Source: a virus (Duplodnaviria; Caudoviricetes). From it: 62,593 bases of DNA. Position 1 is the stretch's first letter. Every line of letters starts with the position of its first letter. The stretch spans positions 1-62,593 of the IMG/VR virus record IMGVR_UViG_3300042914_000630; one strand, 5' to 3'. Below, in pieces: positions 50,666-60,373 of this stretch. A program made the position numbers and the translations under genes. Under the pieces are notes generated by a model that made no database searches, was not told the DNA's origin, and saw nothing but the letters and a program-made list of their open reading frames with translations.

Positions 50666-52518
50666 TAAGTATATCGTAAAGCAGGAGGACTGCTGGGATG
50701 GAACATGGTTTGCAGTGTATGTTAATGGACAATATGTATCGGCATTCCGAGAGAGTGGTGATGCCCATTTCTATGGACTGTGGTGTGCAAATCCAAATCC
50801 TTCCAACAAGAATGAACGACCGCAAAGTGTATGTGATTCAGGTAATCACTCCGAGTAATCCCCGGTGGATTACCGTAGGGGTATCCGAAACTCCTGCACT
50901 TGCACTAACCGCCCTCTGCCGAATGGTTGGGGCTACTGATACAGTACTACAGGGAGACTCGTAAATGAACAGAACTAATAGACACAATACAACAATCCAT
51001 ACTTACTATGGAGAAGTTGATGTAGAGTTTGATGTTATTTGGACTATGGATAGTAGCAACAACTGGTGTTTTACTGATGTAGATATCGTGGATCTTCCTT
51101 ATGATTCTACTGTTGAGTATGATACTGTTCGTAGTGATGTAAGGAACTTTGCACAAACTTATTGCGATCCCTTTGGAGGTATCAATGAAGACTCTGATTA
51201 TTCAGATTGAGGTCGATGACTCTGCTCAGCAACAGTTACTTTATGATGTACTACAGGAGATGATTGAGGAGCGACAACTTAGAGGATACTTTACGCTGGT
51301 CGATGATGGTGAACCCGTGGATGATCTTCCTGATTACATGGCGTTTGAAATGAATAAGTTGATTCCCGAGATTGTTAAACTGGAGAAGTGCCGTGCATCA
51401 TACAAGCACAAGCATTGTGAGTGATAACATTGAGTTCATTGGTGAAGCATGGGGTAACATGCATAACTGGATGGACAATAAGGGTAAGAGAAAGAAAGCA
51501 TTGCAAATGCTGAACGAGTTTCAGCAACAGGTTAATAACGAGTATTGGATTACTGATGACGAGGAACTGTTTCTCGCCACTATTTCGCACACTATTGAAA
51601 GTTCTTGCTAATGTCTACTACTGATACTAATACCACTGCTATGACTCAGGCTATCGAAGTTCTCGCTGAGGCTATTGCTTCCGAGGTTATGAAGAACCTT
51701 CAGTCTACGATTGAGCGGAAGGTTGAGCGCGCTATGAGCGATTACTTGGATGGTTCGGACTTCACCTATCAGCTTGAGGATGTCATCAAGGATAAGATGG
51801 AGTCGCTCGTTGATGATTATGTTTCGGATGTTTCCCTCTCTATTCGGGTGGACTGATGCAGGAAGATAACACCATTAACTATTGGCGAGATTGGATGGAT
51901 GCATTCAATGTAGATCACAGTCGATATACCGAAAAGGAATTTATCGAATGGGTGAATGACATGGAATGCTTTGTCGGTGATGCTTTGGATTCTCTCATGC
52001 CTGATGAGTGGATTCCAGAGAACGATGATGAGGATAATGATTGGGAAGATCTTCCATCAGAGGATGCTGAAGATGATTGATTATGTTGTAATCCTTTTCA
52101 TCATTGCACCATATGTTAGTACACTGCTACTTAATCATCTGATATCTAAGGATATTATGCAGCTCTATCAGGCTATTACAAAACTGCAGGATGAGGTCAA
52201 GGTTCTAAGTACTCATGCTGCATCTATGGATTCCAAGATTAACTATTGGAATCCCTACTCAAAGAAAGGTGATAAGTGATTTACGGAATTCTAACTAGCG
52301 TCTGTCTTGTTGCTCCTATTATGTATCTTCTTGTGTGTAACATCAGGAATGATAAGCGTATTGCCTACATGAATAGCGAGCTTACTCAGATTAAGAACAA
52401 GCAGGAAGCTTTGAATTGTAAGATTGAGTTTGTTAAGGGCAACGATAAGGCTGAGCTTTGCTATAAGATTCTTAAGGATCAATGCAAGCGCATGGGTACT
52501 TGCGGAATGTTCAAGTAA
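50652..52518 (+). other. Cluster of small early ORFs (50652-50858, 50965-51210, 51610-51856, 51856-52080, 52276-52518 and others)
   Basis: ORF track with overlapping starts and stops. Confidence 0.6.
50920..50942 (+). promoter_or_regulatory. Candidate phage RNAP promoter
   Basis: CGAATGGTTGGGGCTACTGATAC upstream of ORF 50965. Confidence 0.7.
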
Positions 52519-52524
52519 TAACTA

Positions 52525-52600
52525 GGAAGGGTGGCTGAAAAGTAGTTAGAGCGCATGCCTTATAAGCGTGAATATGTGGGTGCAACTCCCGCCCCTTCCA
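52525..52600 (+). tRNA. tRNA-Ile(UAU)
   Basis: Acceptor GGAAGGG/CCCTTCC; anticodon arm CATGC-CTTATAA-GCGTG; T arm GTGGG-TGCAACT-CCCGC (non-canonical loops). Confidence 0.78.
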
Positions 52601-52605
52601 CATTT

Positions 52606-52679
52606 GTCCCTGTAGCTCAACTGGATAGAGCAATGACCTTCTAAGTCATAGGCTACAGGTTCGATCCCTGTCAGGGATG
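52606..52679 (+). tRNA. tRNA-Arg(UCU)
   Basis: GTCCCTG/CAGGGAT; ATGAC-CTTCTAA-GTCAT; GGTTCGAT. Confidence 0.92.
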
Positions 52680-52697
52680 TTTACCAGAAAGGTTTGT

Positions 52698-52991
52698 ATG
52701 AGTAATAAGAATTGGGATATGCTGCGCCACGATATGGATGTATCCTGTCTACCTTCTTCCGAGTATTTGATTCATCTGTTTCAAACTTTGGAAGCACTTA
52801 AGAATAGGTGTGATGTTCTGGAGCGAGAGGCTCGCCTCAACAAGACTAAGTATTGTGATTTGATTGATGCTCTTGAGGCTAAGTTCAAGCCAGCAATGAA
52901 GTCACATATGTATCTCATGGATAATCAAGTTGAAGTTTATAGATATGTTGCTGCTCTAACTACCAAGAAAACTGGTAAGAAAAAGAAGTAA
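52698..52991 (+). CDS. Hypothetical protein within tRNA cluster
   Basis: AAAGG SD before MSNKNW. Confidence 0.6.
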   Translation: MSNKNWDMLRHDMDVSCLPSSEYLIHLFQTLEALKNRCDVLEREARLNKTKYCDLIDALEAKFKPAMKSHMYLMDNQVEVYRYVAALTTKKTGKKKK

Positions 52992-53008
52992 GTTTTTCTT
53001 ACAAGTAT

Positions 53009-53051
53009 TCCAAGTATACAGCGGGCTTTGACCCCGCCAAGGTACTTGGAT
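53009..53051 (+). ncRNA. Armless tRNA-Gln(UUG)-like element
   Basis: TCCAAGTA/TACTTGGA stem enclosing GCGGG-CTTTGAC-CCCGC; no D or T arm. Confidence 0.55.
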
Positions 53052-53055
53052 ATAT

Positions 53056-53128
53056 GGCACTGTAGCCCAAAGGCAGAGGCAATCGACTCAAAATCGACCA
53101 AGTGTGGGTTCGACTCCCACCAGTGCTA
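53056..53128 (+). tRNA. tRNA-Leu(CAA), short variable loop
   Basis: GGCACTG/CAGTGCT; TCGA-CTCAAAA-TCGA; GGTTCGAC. Confidence 0.85.
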
Positions 53129-53132
53129 CTTT

Positions 53133-53205
53133 GGGTTGGTAGCTCAATAGGTAGAGCAGTTGACTTTTAATCAATTGGTTGAGAGTTCAAGTCTCTCCCG
53201 ACCCA
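53133..53205 (+). tRNA. tRNA-Lys(UUU)
   Basis: GGGTTGG/CCGACCC; GTTGA-CTTTTAA-TCAAT; GTTCAAG. Confidence 0.93.
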
Positions 53206-53224
53206 TTCCATAGAAAGGATTACA

Positions 53225-53569
53225 ATGGGACTTGATTTGTTCGCGCATGGTGTTGATCCTAAGAAGTTTGAACGCATTCCTCCGCTGCTGTGTGGCAGCA
53301 TGTTTAGTGATGGACAGTCCAGCATTCGCGGTAAAGTGTATGCTGGGTTCATCAATGAGATCTGTGATGTCGATCTTTATCAAGAGAAACTCAAGCCCGA
53401 TGAACTTCAGCGTGTCATCACTAGGCTTCAAATGTATCTGATGGATGTCGCTGATAATCCGCGAAGTAATCCCGAGTATGATGACTTCAGTTACGAAGAG
53501 GTTGCTGCCCTGTTGATGTGGTTTACAATCATAAAGGAAAACAATGGAACAGTCATCGGATGGTGGTAA
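53225..53569 (+). CDS. Hypothetical protein (MGLD...FRGK-like family)
   Basis: AAGGA SD; ORF track. Confidence 0.7.
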   Translation: MGLDLFAHGVDPKKFERIPPLLCGSMFSDGQSSIRGKVYAGFINEICDVDLYQEKLKPDELQRVITRLQMYLMDVADNPRSNPEYDDFSYEEVAALLMWFTIIKENNGTVIGWW

Positions 53570-53828
53570 GTACGAAGAGTTTGTAGGTAGTATGGTGATC
53601 ATCTATTGGGATGATATTGCTGGGTTTGCTGATGCATGGATGGACTTCAAGGAGATCTATGAGATGCGTCCTCACAAGTGCTACACTATTGGTATCTTGT
53701 TTGAAGTAACCGAAGAATATATTACTATCGCATCCACTTGCGATGACTTGCGAACTATCGTATCGGATATCAACTGTATTCCGATTGGCTGCATTACTTC
53801 TATTAATAAGCTTAAGGAAATTAAATGA
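53544..53828 (+). CDS. Hypothetical phage protein (W.D...C.T.G...IP..C pattern)
   Basis: ORF track. Confidence 0.65.
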   Translation: MEQSSDGGKYEEFVGSMVIIYWDDIAGFADAWMDFKEIYEMRPHKCYTIGILFEVTEEYITIASTCDDLRTIVSDINCIPIGCITSINKLKEIK

Positions 53829-54136
53829 TTAAAGCAAGTAAAACTAAGACTGTTGGAACTAGGCCGGATGATTATACGATTGTGTCATTGATGGTGAATG
53901 AATGTAATATGGGTTGGGGTGATAAGTATGATTTTATTACCGTAAATATCCTAAAGAATAACAACGGCACAATGACTGTTATTCAGCAGCATCTTTCTCT
54001 TGAAGATGTTGATGAGCTTGCAAGCACACTTTATCAGATTAAATGGGACTATGAGCGAAGACAGAGAGAAAAGAAGGAAGCGACTGCAGCAGAAGCAGAA
54101 GCACAAGGAATTGGAACCGAAAAAGCCGAGGCTTAA
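53825..54136 (+). CDS. Hypothetical protein
   Basis: AAGGA SD. Confidence 0.65.
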   Translation: MIKASKTKTVGTRPDDYTIVSLMVNECNMGWGDKYDFITVNILKNNNGTMTVIQQHLSLEDVDELASTLYQIKWDYERRQREKKEATAAEAEAQGIGTEKAEA

Positions 54137-54220
54137 TCCATATAGTCGAAGCAAGACACGCGACAATGATCGTCATGGTCGCTTTGAACAAGATGACGAA
54201 ACCCTTTATTAAGGAAACTA

Positions 54221-55216
54221 ATGGCTCACAATATTACGGATACTGATGGCGCGGTCTTTCATAAGGTTGCTGCTTGGCACGGACTTGGTTTGATTGTTGA
54301 GGATGCAATGTCTCCGACCGAGGCTATGCAGATCGCTGGTCTTGATTGGGAAGTGAATAAGGTTGGTCCTGTGTTTGCAGGTAATCCCCTCACCAATGCT
54401 CCGTCCTCTGATGACTATGTTGCCATCGTTCGCAGCGACAACAATAAGATCCTGTCTATTCAGTCGCCTGACTATCAGCCTATTCAGAACTCCGAAGTGT
54501 TTGAGATGGCATACAATCTTGGTGCTGATATCAAGGTTGAGTCTGCGCTCTCCATGAATGGCGGTCGCCGCTTGGTTGTTCTTTGCAAGACTGATACTAT
54601 GGATGGAGTCAACAGCAACGATCCGATTGAGAAGTACATGGCTTTCATCAACAGCCATGATGGTACTCTTGCTCATTCTGCTATGCCTACCAGTGTGCGT
54701 ATCGTCTGCCAGAATACTTTGAGTATGGCTATGGCATCCGGTGCTAAGAAGGCTTTCCGTATCGTCCACTCTGGCGATATGAAGAAGAAGCAGGAGGCTA
54801 TGGCTGAGGCTCTCAAGTTCTACACTAAGACGGGCAAGTTGTTTGAGGAGAAGGTGTCTACCCTTGTCCGCAAGGAACTTACCAAGGCTGACATTCAGAA
54901 GTTCTGGATTGATGTCTGGGGTATCCTTGAGACTCCTGTTGATGCTAACCCGCAGACCGAGGCTGAATATACTAACTATCTCAAGGCTACTACCACTGTT
55001 GCTAAGTGGGCGGATATCTTTGACAAGGAGATGCGTGAGTTGAATTGCGGTGCTAACCTGTGGCTTGCTTCCAATGCTGTCACTAAGGAACTTCAGCACC
55101 GTATTCCTGCCCGTGGTAAGAAGCCTACCTTTGAGTCGAATGCCTACAGCAATCTCATGGGTAAGAATCAGGACTCCACGATTGATGTTATGCGTTACGC
55201 TTTGACCCTTGCTTAA
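54221..55216 (+). CDS. DUF932 family phage/plasmid protein
   Basis: AWHGLG, AGLDW.V, Y.PIQN, NSHDGT, RIVCQNTL, NLW...NAVT. Confidence 0.9.
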   Translation: MAHNITDTDGAVFHKVAAWHGLGLIVEDAMSPTEAMQIAGLDWEVNKVGPVFAGNPLTNAPSSDDYVAIVRSDNNKILSIQSPDYQPIQNSEVFEMAYNLGADIKVESALSMNGGRRLVVLCKTDTMDGVNSNDPIEKYMAFINSHDGTLAHSAMPTSVRIVCQNTLSMAMASGAKKAFRIVHSGDMKKKQEAMAEALKFYTKTGKLFEEKVSTLVRKELTKADIQKFWIDVWGILETPVDANPQTEAEYTNYLKATTTVAKWADIFDKEMRELNCGANLWLASNAVTKELQHRIPARGKKPTFESNAYSNLMGKNQDSTIDVMRYALTLA

Positions 55217-55224
55217 GGAAACAT

Positions 55225-55440
55225 ATGGCTACTAAGAAGAAGACTACTATTAACTATCGTAAGATTGCCGAAGAGTTTGCTATTGAGGTTGATGATGTGT
55301 TGTTTACTCTCTATGAGACAAAGGATATGACGCTTAATGGAGAGCTTACTCATAAGGATCTAATCAACGATCTCTTTAATTTGTGCAGCAAGCTTGAGAA
55401 TGCTATGGCTAAGTATGAAGAGAGTACTGACGAGGATTAA
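55225..55440 (+). CDS. Hypothetical protein
   Basis: AAGGA SD. Confidence 0.65.
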   Translation: MATKKKTTINYRKIAEEFAIEVDDVLFTLYETKDMTLNGELTHKDLINDLFNLCSKLENAMAKYEESTDED

Positions 55441-55899
55441 ATGAATATCTTTGTACTTGACAACAGCCCAGAGTTTGCAGCAAAGTATCAATGTGACAAG
55501 CATGTTGTGAAGATGGTTCTTGAAACGGCTCAGCTTCTTTGCTCAGCCCATGAGACTGCGCCTTATAAGCGTACTCATTATAATCATCCGTGTGCTATCT
55601 GGACTAGATCAAGTCTTAGTAATTATGATTGGCTTGTGCGGCATGGACTCGCACTTGCAAGGGAGTATACTTTCAGGTACAATAAGATACACAAGAGCAC
55701 CGAGGTCATTGAATGGGCATGGCAGAATAAGCCTACCATTCTTGACCTTGGACTCTTGCCCTTTGCTCAAGCCATGCCTGATCAGTATAAAGATCCCGAT
55801 CCTGTCGTAGCGTACCGTAACTATTACATGAAGGAGAAAGCAAGACTTGCCACTTGGAAGTTCTGCGATACTCCGCATTGGTTTGAGGTTACACCATGA
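55441..55899 (+). CDS. Pyrimidine-dimer DNA glycosylase (DenV-like) family protein
   Basis: MNIF.LD, DKHVVKMVLE.AQLL, H.NHPC..W, QAMPD.Y, AYR.YY. Confidence 0.82.
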   Translation: MNIFVLDNSPEFAAKYQCDKHVVKMVLETAQLLCSAHETAPYKRTHYNHPCAIWTRSSLSNYDWLVRHGLALAREYTFRYNKIHKSTEVIEWAWQNKPTILDLGLLPFAQAMPDQYKDPDPVVAYRNYYMKEKARLATWKFCDTPHWFEVTP

Positions 55900-56034
55900 A
55901 GCAGAATAGAAACTACTATAGCGAAGAACATGGTTATGTATGCGACTGTCGCCCTTCAACAGAACCTTATGAGCAACTCTGTTGGTGCTGTCAGCAATAT
56001 GTCGATAACCTAAAGTCATACGAGGAGGACATTG

Positions 56035-58506
56035 ATGACGAGACTATGGAATCAGCTGACGAACGAAGAGAAGGAGAAGCGGAATAATCTTCAAGTAGTT
56101 CTTGAAGAAGACATGCTCTGTCTTTCCGAGCGTAAGTATTGGGAGGCTTACAATGCTAATCCTGATGAGGGAATTCCAGAGCAGACTTTGATTGATGCAT
56201 GTGTGATCCATCTGACACCTTTCTATCAGCAGTGGATTGATACTATCTCAAGCAATAGAAAGACTCCTGAGTGGGCTGTTCCTTTGTTTGCCGTTGGTGC
56301 TGCTAAGATGGCAGACATTACCGTTCGTGCCTTGATTCTTGAATGGTTCAACTCTTCTTTCTGGGAGCGTAAGTATGAGGGAGATCTGTTCCCTCTGCCT
56401 ACGGCTCAGCATATTGCCCATGTCATTTCCGAGATGGTCATTGAGATCGTAGCCTATCAGCAAGCCAAGAAACAATTCCGTGAGGATTGGGCAAAGCAGT
56501 CACACTATCAGAAGAAGTGGACGCCCAAGCGTTGCAAGGCTTTTGCCTACAAGATGGGTACGCTTAACAAGAAGAACTTTAATAGGAAGCAGCGTGAGGA
56601 TTTCGGTCATCATATGCTGCGTATCGCTGAGATGTCTGAGATTATTCAGCTCAAGAACATTCGCAAGCATACGGGTAGGCGTTGGTCTGAGCGTGTGGTT
56701 GTTACCTTTACTGATGACATTCTCAAAGAGTTGCACAAGCGACACAAGGATGTCATTGCCAAGGCAGCTTTGCTCTATCGACCAATGATCGTTCCTCCTG
56801 TTGAGCATACGCTTACCAGCAGCGGTGGTAATGTACTGCCGTATGTTCGTAAGCCTGTGGTTCAGAAGTTCAAGGATGTCATGTGGGATGAGAAGGTTCA
56901 CCAAAAAGGTAGTACACCATCACAGACCGTGATCGACGGTCTTAATGTGATGATGCATACCGAGTGGACTATCAACGAGCGTGTGCTTGAGGTAATGGAA
57001 ACACTCTTCAAGAACAATACACGCGATGCCAATCTTCCTGCCTATGACTTCTCTGCCTTTGACTTTGCTGAGCCTTATCCTGCCAATGGAACTAAGGAAG
57101 AGCAAGCCAAGTGGTGTGCTCAGAAGGAAGAGGCATACAGCAATTGGTACAAGGAGGAACAGCTCCGTGGTCGTATGCTTGTCAGGCTTCAGCTTGCCAA
57201 GTCTATGATCCCGCAGAAGTTCTTCTATCATATCTTTACATGTGACTTCCGTGGTCGTGCTAACTCTGCCTGTGATCTTCTGTCGCCACAAGCTTCAGAC
57301 TTTGATCGTGGGTTGATCATGTTTGCAGAGCCAAGGAAGCAGACAACTAATGGTTTGTTCTGGCTTAAGGTACATGTCGCTAATCTGTTTGATCAGGACA
57401 AAGTTCCCTTTGCAGACAGAGCCAAGTGGGTTGATGACAACATGGCTATGCTGCGGCAGATCAATGACAATCCATACGATACTAGAAAGCTATGGGTATC
57501 AGATAAAAAGAAAAAGAACCCTAGCTTTCAGCGTCTTGCTGCAGTGTTTGATCTATGTCGTACTGATGGTATGACTCAGGTTGCCGTGCAGATGGATGGT
57601 TCCTGCAATGGTGTTCAGCATTGGGCTGCGCTTATGCGTGACCCCGTGCTTGCCAAGAAGGTGAATCTGATTCAGACAGAAAAGCCGCAGGATCTATATC
57701 AGTTTGTTGCAGATAGTATGACCAACAAAATGACTGAGGTTAAGGACGAAGACAGTAATAAGGGGCGGTGGGCTACCAAGTTTCTTGAGTATTGGGAAGG
57801 GGATATTGATAGGTCTGTTGTGAAGAGAGCGGTTATGACTGATCCATATGGAGTTACCTTCTATGGTATCCGCCGATACTGCAAGACCGAAGGACATCTT
57901 GATTGGGTAGGCAAAGACCAGATTGCTGGTGCAGTCATGGAGCTTGCCACCTTTATTGATCAAGCCCTCAAGGGTACATTGATCGAACCCAACAAGGGTA
58001 AGGCTTGGCTCAAGGTCGTAGCTGATATGTTCTCTGAGGTCGGTAAGAATGTTGAGTGGACTACGCCGTGTGGCTTTAAGGTTGTCCACCAGTACTATGA
58101 GATACTAACTAGACGATCAGTAGCCAAACTGTTCGACATGAAGGAGCTGCATTTCGGTGCTCCAGATAAGGAAACAATAGATGGAAGCTCAGTTAATCTG
58201 GCTATCTCTCCAAATTACATACACTCCTTGGATGCGAGTCATATGTGGTCTACCATCAAGCGAATGAAGGAAGCTGGTATTACACAATACAGCATGATCC
58301 ATGATTCGTATGGCTGTCCTGCACCTGATGTCAATCTGATGCGAGTCTATACTAACGAGGAGTTCCACAGAATGCACAGCACTAACTTGCTGGCTGATAT
58401 GCGGACTGAACTTATGAATAACATTGACATGGAGCTGCCGGATGTTCCCGAAGTCGGAGTATTCGACATGGATAATGTGCTTGATGCCGAGTACTTCTTC
58501 CAATGA
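56035..58506 (+). CDS. Single-subunit DNA-dependent RNA polymerase (T7 gp1-like)
   Basis: PMIVPP, DFRGR, DGSCNGVQH, R..VKR.VMT.PYG, PNYIHSLDA, IHDSYG; GAGGAGG SD. Confidence 0.97.
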   Translation: MTRLWNQLTNEEKEKRNNLQVVLEEDMLCLSERKYWEAYNANPDEGIPEQTLIDACVIHLTPFYQQWIDTISSNRKTPEWAVPLFAVGAAKMADITVRALILEWFNSSFWERKYEGDLFPLPTAQHIAHVISEMVIEIVAYQQAKKQFREDWAKQSHYQKKWTPKRCKAFAYKMGTLNKKNFNRKQREDFGHHMLRIAEMSEIIQLKNIRKHTGRRWSERVVVTFTDDILKELHKRHKDVIAKAALLYRPMIVPPVEHTLTSSGGNVLPYVRKPVVQKFKDVMWDEKVHQKGSTPSQTVIDGLNVMMHTEWTINERVLEVMETLFKNNTRDANLPAYDFSAFDFAEPYPANGTKEEQAKWCAQKEEAYSNWYKEEQLRGRMLVRLQLAKSMIPQKFFYHIFTCDFRGRANSACDLLSPQASDFDRGLIMFAEPRKQTTNGLFWLKVHVANLFDQDKVPFADRAKWVDDNMAMLRQINDNPYDTRKLWVSDKKKKNPSFQRLAAVFDLCRTDGMTQVAVQMDGSCNGVQHWAALMRDPVLAKKVNLIQTEKPQDLYQFVADSMTNKMTEVKDEDSNKGRWATKFLEYWEGDIDRSVVKRAVMTDPYGVTFYGIRRYCKTEGHLDWVGKDQIAGAVMELATFIDQALKGTLIEPNKGKAWLKVVADMFSEVGKNVEWTTPCGFKVVHQYYEILTRRSVAKLFDMKELHFGAPDKETIDGSSVNLAISPNYIHSLDASHMWSTIKRMKEAGITQYSMIHDSYGCPAPDVNLMRVYTNEEFHRMHSTNLLADMRTELMNNIDMELPDVPEVGVFDMDNVLDAEYFFQ

Positions 58507-58763
58507 AGAGCAAGGTATACAAGGTTTGCAGCGAAGGTGACATGGAGGAGGCGGTTAAAATGTTCACCGCCTTGGCTCTGTCTAACAAGAGAAGAAAGAA
58601 GCTGTCGTTCTGGTTTGCTACTGAAGCATTCAGTGATATCTTTTTGAATGCAGCATACACTGAGTTTGCTTTCAGAAACATTCCACCACAGCCTAATATG
58701 AACATTAATATTTACATCGGAGGAGATAACGACGATGATTTGGAAACCGAACAAGATGCTTAA
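58503..58763 (+). CDS. Hypothetical protein
   Basis: ATGA overlap with RNAP stop. Confidence 0.6.
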   Translation: MKSKVYKVCSEGDMEEAVKMFTALALSNKRRKKLSFWFATEAFSDIFLNAAYTEFAFRNIPPQPNMNINIYIGGDNDDDLETEQDA

Positions 58764-58920
58764 CGGAAAGCATTGGCGTTGGGGTGATCTCTATGATTCA
58801 TGGAATCAGACACAGAAGGATCATTTTGACGGCAAGCTTGATGTCTATGCACCGCAAGGTAACATGCCATCTATTGCACAGCAATGGAAGGATCAGTTCA
58901 AGCGAAGGCGGCGCAAGTGA
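58735..58920 (+). CDS. Hypothetical protein
   Basis: GGAGG SD. Confidence 0.55.
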   Translation: MIWKPNKMLNGKHWRWGDLYDSWNQTQKDHFDGKLDVYAPQGNMPSIAQQWKDQFKRRRRK

Positions 58921-59573
58921 GTAGAATCCTAGTGATTGGAGATACTCACTTTCCCGCAGTGCTTGATGGCTATCTGCAGTTTGTGAAGGATGTCAAGAAG
59001 GAATACAAGTGTGACAAGGTTGTTCATATCGGTGATGTGATCGACCACCATTGCATCTCATTCCATACGAAGCATCCTGAGCATCCCGGTGCTGTCAAGG
59101 AATACGAGATGGCTATGGAGTGCGTGAAGGAATGGAAGTCTTCTTTCAAGAATATGATCGTGACTATCGGCAATCACGACGAGCGAGTTCGTAGACTTGC
59201 TGCTGATGCTGGTATTCCAGACTTCTATATCAAGGCATACAATGAAATTTATAACACAACTTGGCAATGGGTTAAGAACTACACTGTTGATAATGTGTTT
59301 TATTATCATGGCGTTGGGGGTGGCGGTCTATATCCTGCTTTCAACACTGCTAAGGGTATGGGTATTTCTGTGGTTGCTGGTCATCACCATTCTTGCGCCG
59401 GAATCAACTGGCAAGTTAGTCCGCTTCATGCAATCTTTGGCATGAATGTTGGATGTGGTGTTGACCGCAAGCATCTTGCCATGAAGTATGGCGAAGACCA
59501 TATCAAGAAGCCCGTGATTAGTTGCGGCGTTGTCGTTGACGGCAAGCCCTACATTGAAATGATGAGTCTTTAA
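58917..59573 (+). CDS. Calcineurin-like metallophosphoesterase
   Basis: GDTH, GDVID, GNHD, HG, GHHH. Confidence 0.92.
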   Translation: MSRILVIGDTHFPAVLDGYLQFVKDVKKEYKCDKVVHIGDVIDHHCISFHTKHPEHPGAVKEYEMAMECVKEWKSSFKNMIVTIGNHDERVRRLAADAGIPDFYIKAYNEIYNTTWQWVKNYTVDNVFYYHGVGGGGLYPAFNTAKGMGISVVAGHHHSCAGINWQVSPLHAIFGMNVGCGVDRKHLAMKYGEDHIKKPVISCGVVVDGKPYIEMMSL

Positions 59574-59579
59574 GTAATC

Positions 59580-59602
59580 CCTATGGTTGGGGCTACAGAT
59601 AT
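59580..59602 (+). promoter_or_regulatory. Candidate phage RNAP promoter (replication cluster)
   Basis: CCTATGGTTGGGGCTACAGATAT in intergenic gap. Confidence 0.72.
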
Positions 59603-59631
59603 ACTGTATATCAGAAAGGAGAAAAGAAATT

Positions 59632-59838
59632 ATGAACACGAACGAAGTAATTGATGGCGAAGTTACCTCTGCTACTACTACTCCCGCACAGGAAATGGTT
59701 CCTGCTATCCGCAGCGATAGCGTAGTTGCGTATCTCAGCGGACTTGCTTCCGGTCTGAGTGCTATTGTTAACGACCTCAATATGCAGGTCGCTCAGATCA
59801 CTGACGCTATGAAGAAGGACGAAACCACTAATGGTTAA
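59632..59838 (+). CDS. Hypothetical protein
   Basis: AAGGAG SD. Confidence 0.65.
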   Translation: MNTNEVIDGEVTSATTTPAQEMVPAIRSDSVVAYLSGLASGLSAIVNDLNMQVAQITDAMKKDETTNG

Positions 59839-60373
59839 TAACAAGAAGATGAAGAAGATGCCGCAGTTTGTTACCGAAGTGCTTGAGGTTAAGTGGAGCA
59901 ATCTACTTAAGCCTGATACCGCTTTCGGTGAGGCATCTGCGAATCACAACATTACCGTGATTCTTGACAAGAATCTTGAGAAGCAGCTTGCTGATATCCT
60001 CAAGAAGTCTGGTGCTAAGAAGATCAATGGTATCATGGAAAAGGATGGAGTCAAGACACTCAAGGCTAAGAGCCGAGTGCATGTTGAGCATGGCAAGTTC
60101 CCTTGCGTTGACTCTGCTGCTCAGGAGACTGAGGCAGTACCCTTTGGTGGAGACAAGGTTCGTCTGAAGCTTGCCCCTGCGGTTGTCGCCCGTGATAACA
60201 GTCTCTCAGTCTATCTCAATGGCATTCAGATTGTTGAGAAGAATGCCAACAATACCACAGGTGTTAGCACTGGTGGCTTTGGCGCAGTCGATGGTGGCTT
60301 TGTCGGGACTCCCGCAAAGAAGGCTCCGGTTGCTGAGGTTGAAGAGACTGAGGATGAAGACCTTCCGTTCTAA
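59831..60373 (+). CDS. Single-stranded DNA-binding protein (gp2.5-like)
   Basis: L.KPDT.F, GG..V.L, S.YL..IQIV, acidic tail ending DLPF. Confidence 0.88.
   Translation: MVNNKKMKKMPQFVTEVLEVKWSNLLKPDTAFGEASANHNITVILDKNLEKQLADILKKSGAKKINGIMEKDGVKTLKAKSRVHVEHGKFPCVDSAAQETEAVPFGGDKVRLKLAPAVVARDNSLSVYLNGIQIVEKNANNTTGVSTGGFGAVDGGFVGTPAKKAPVAEVEETEDEDLPF

Noticed and set aside
54218-55099. 293-aa minus-strand ORF and the other minus-strand ORFs
   Set aside because: Antisense shadows of well-supported + strand genes; no motifs.
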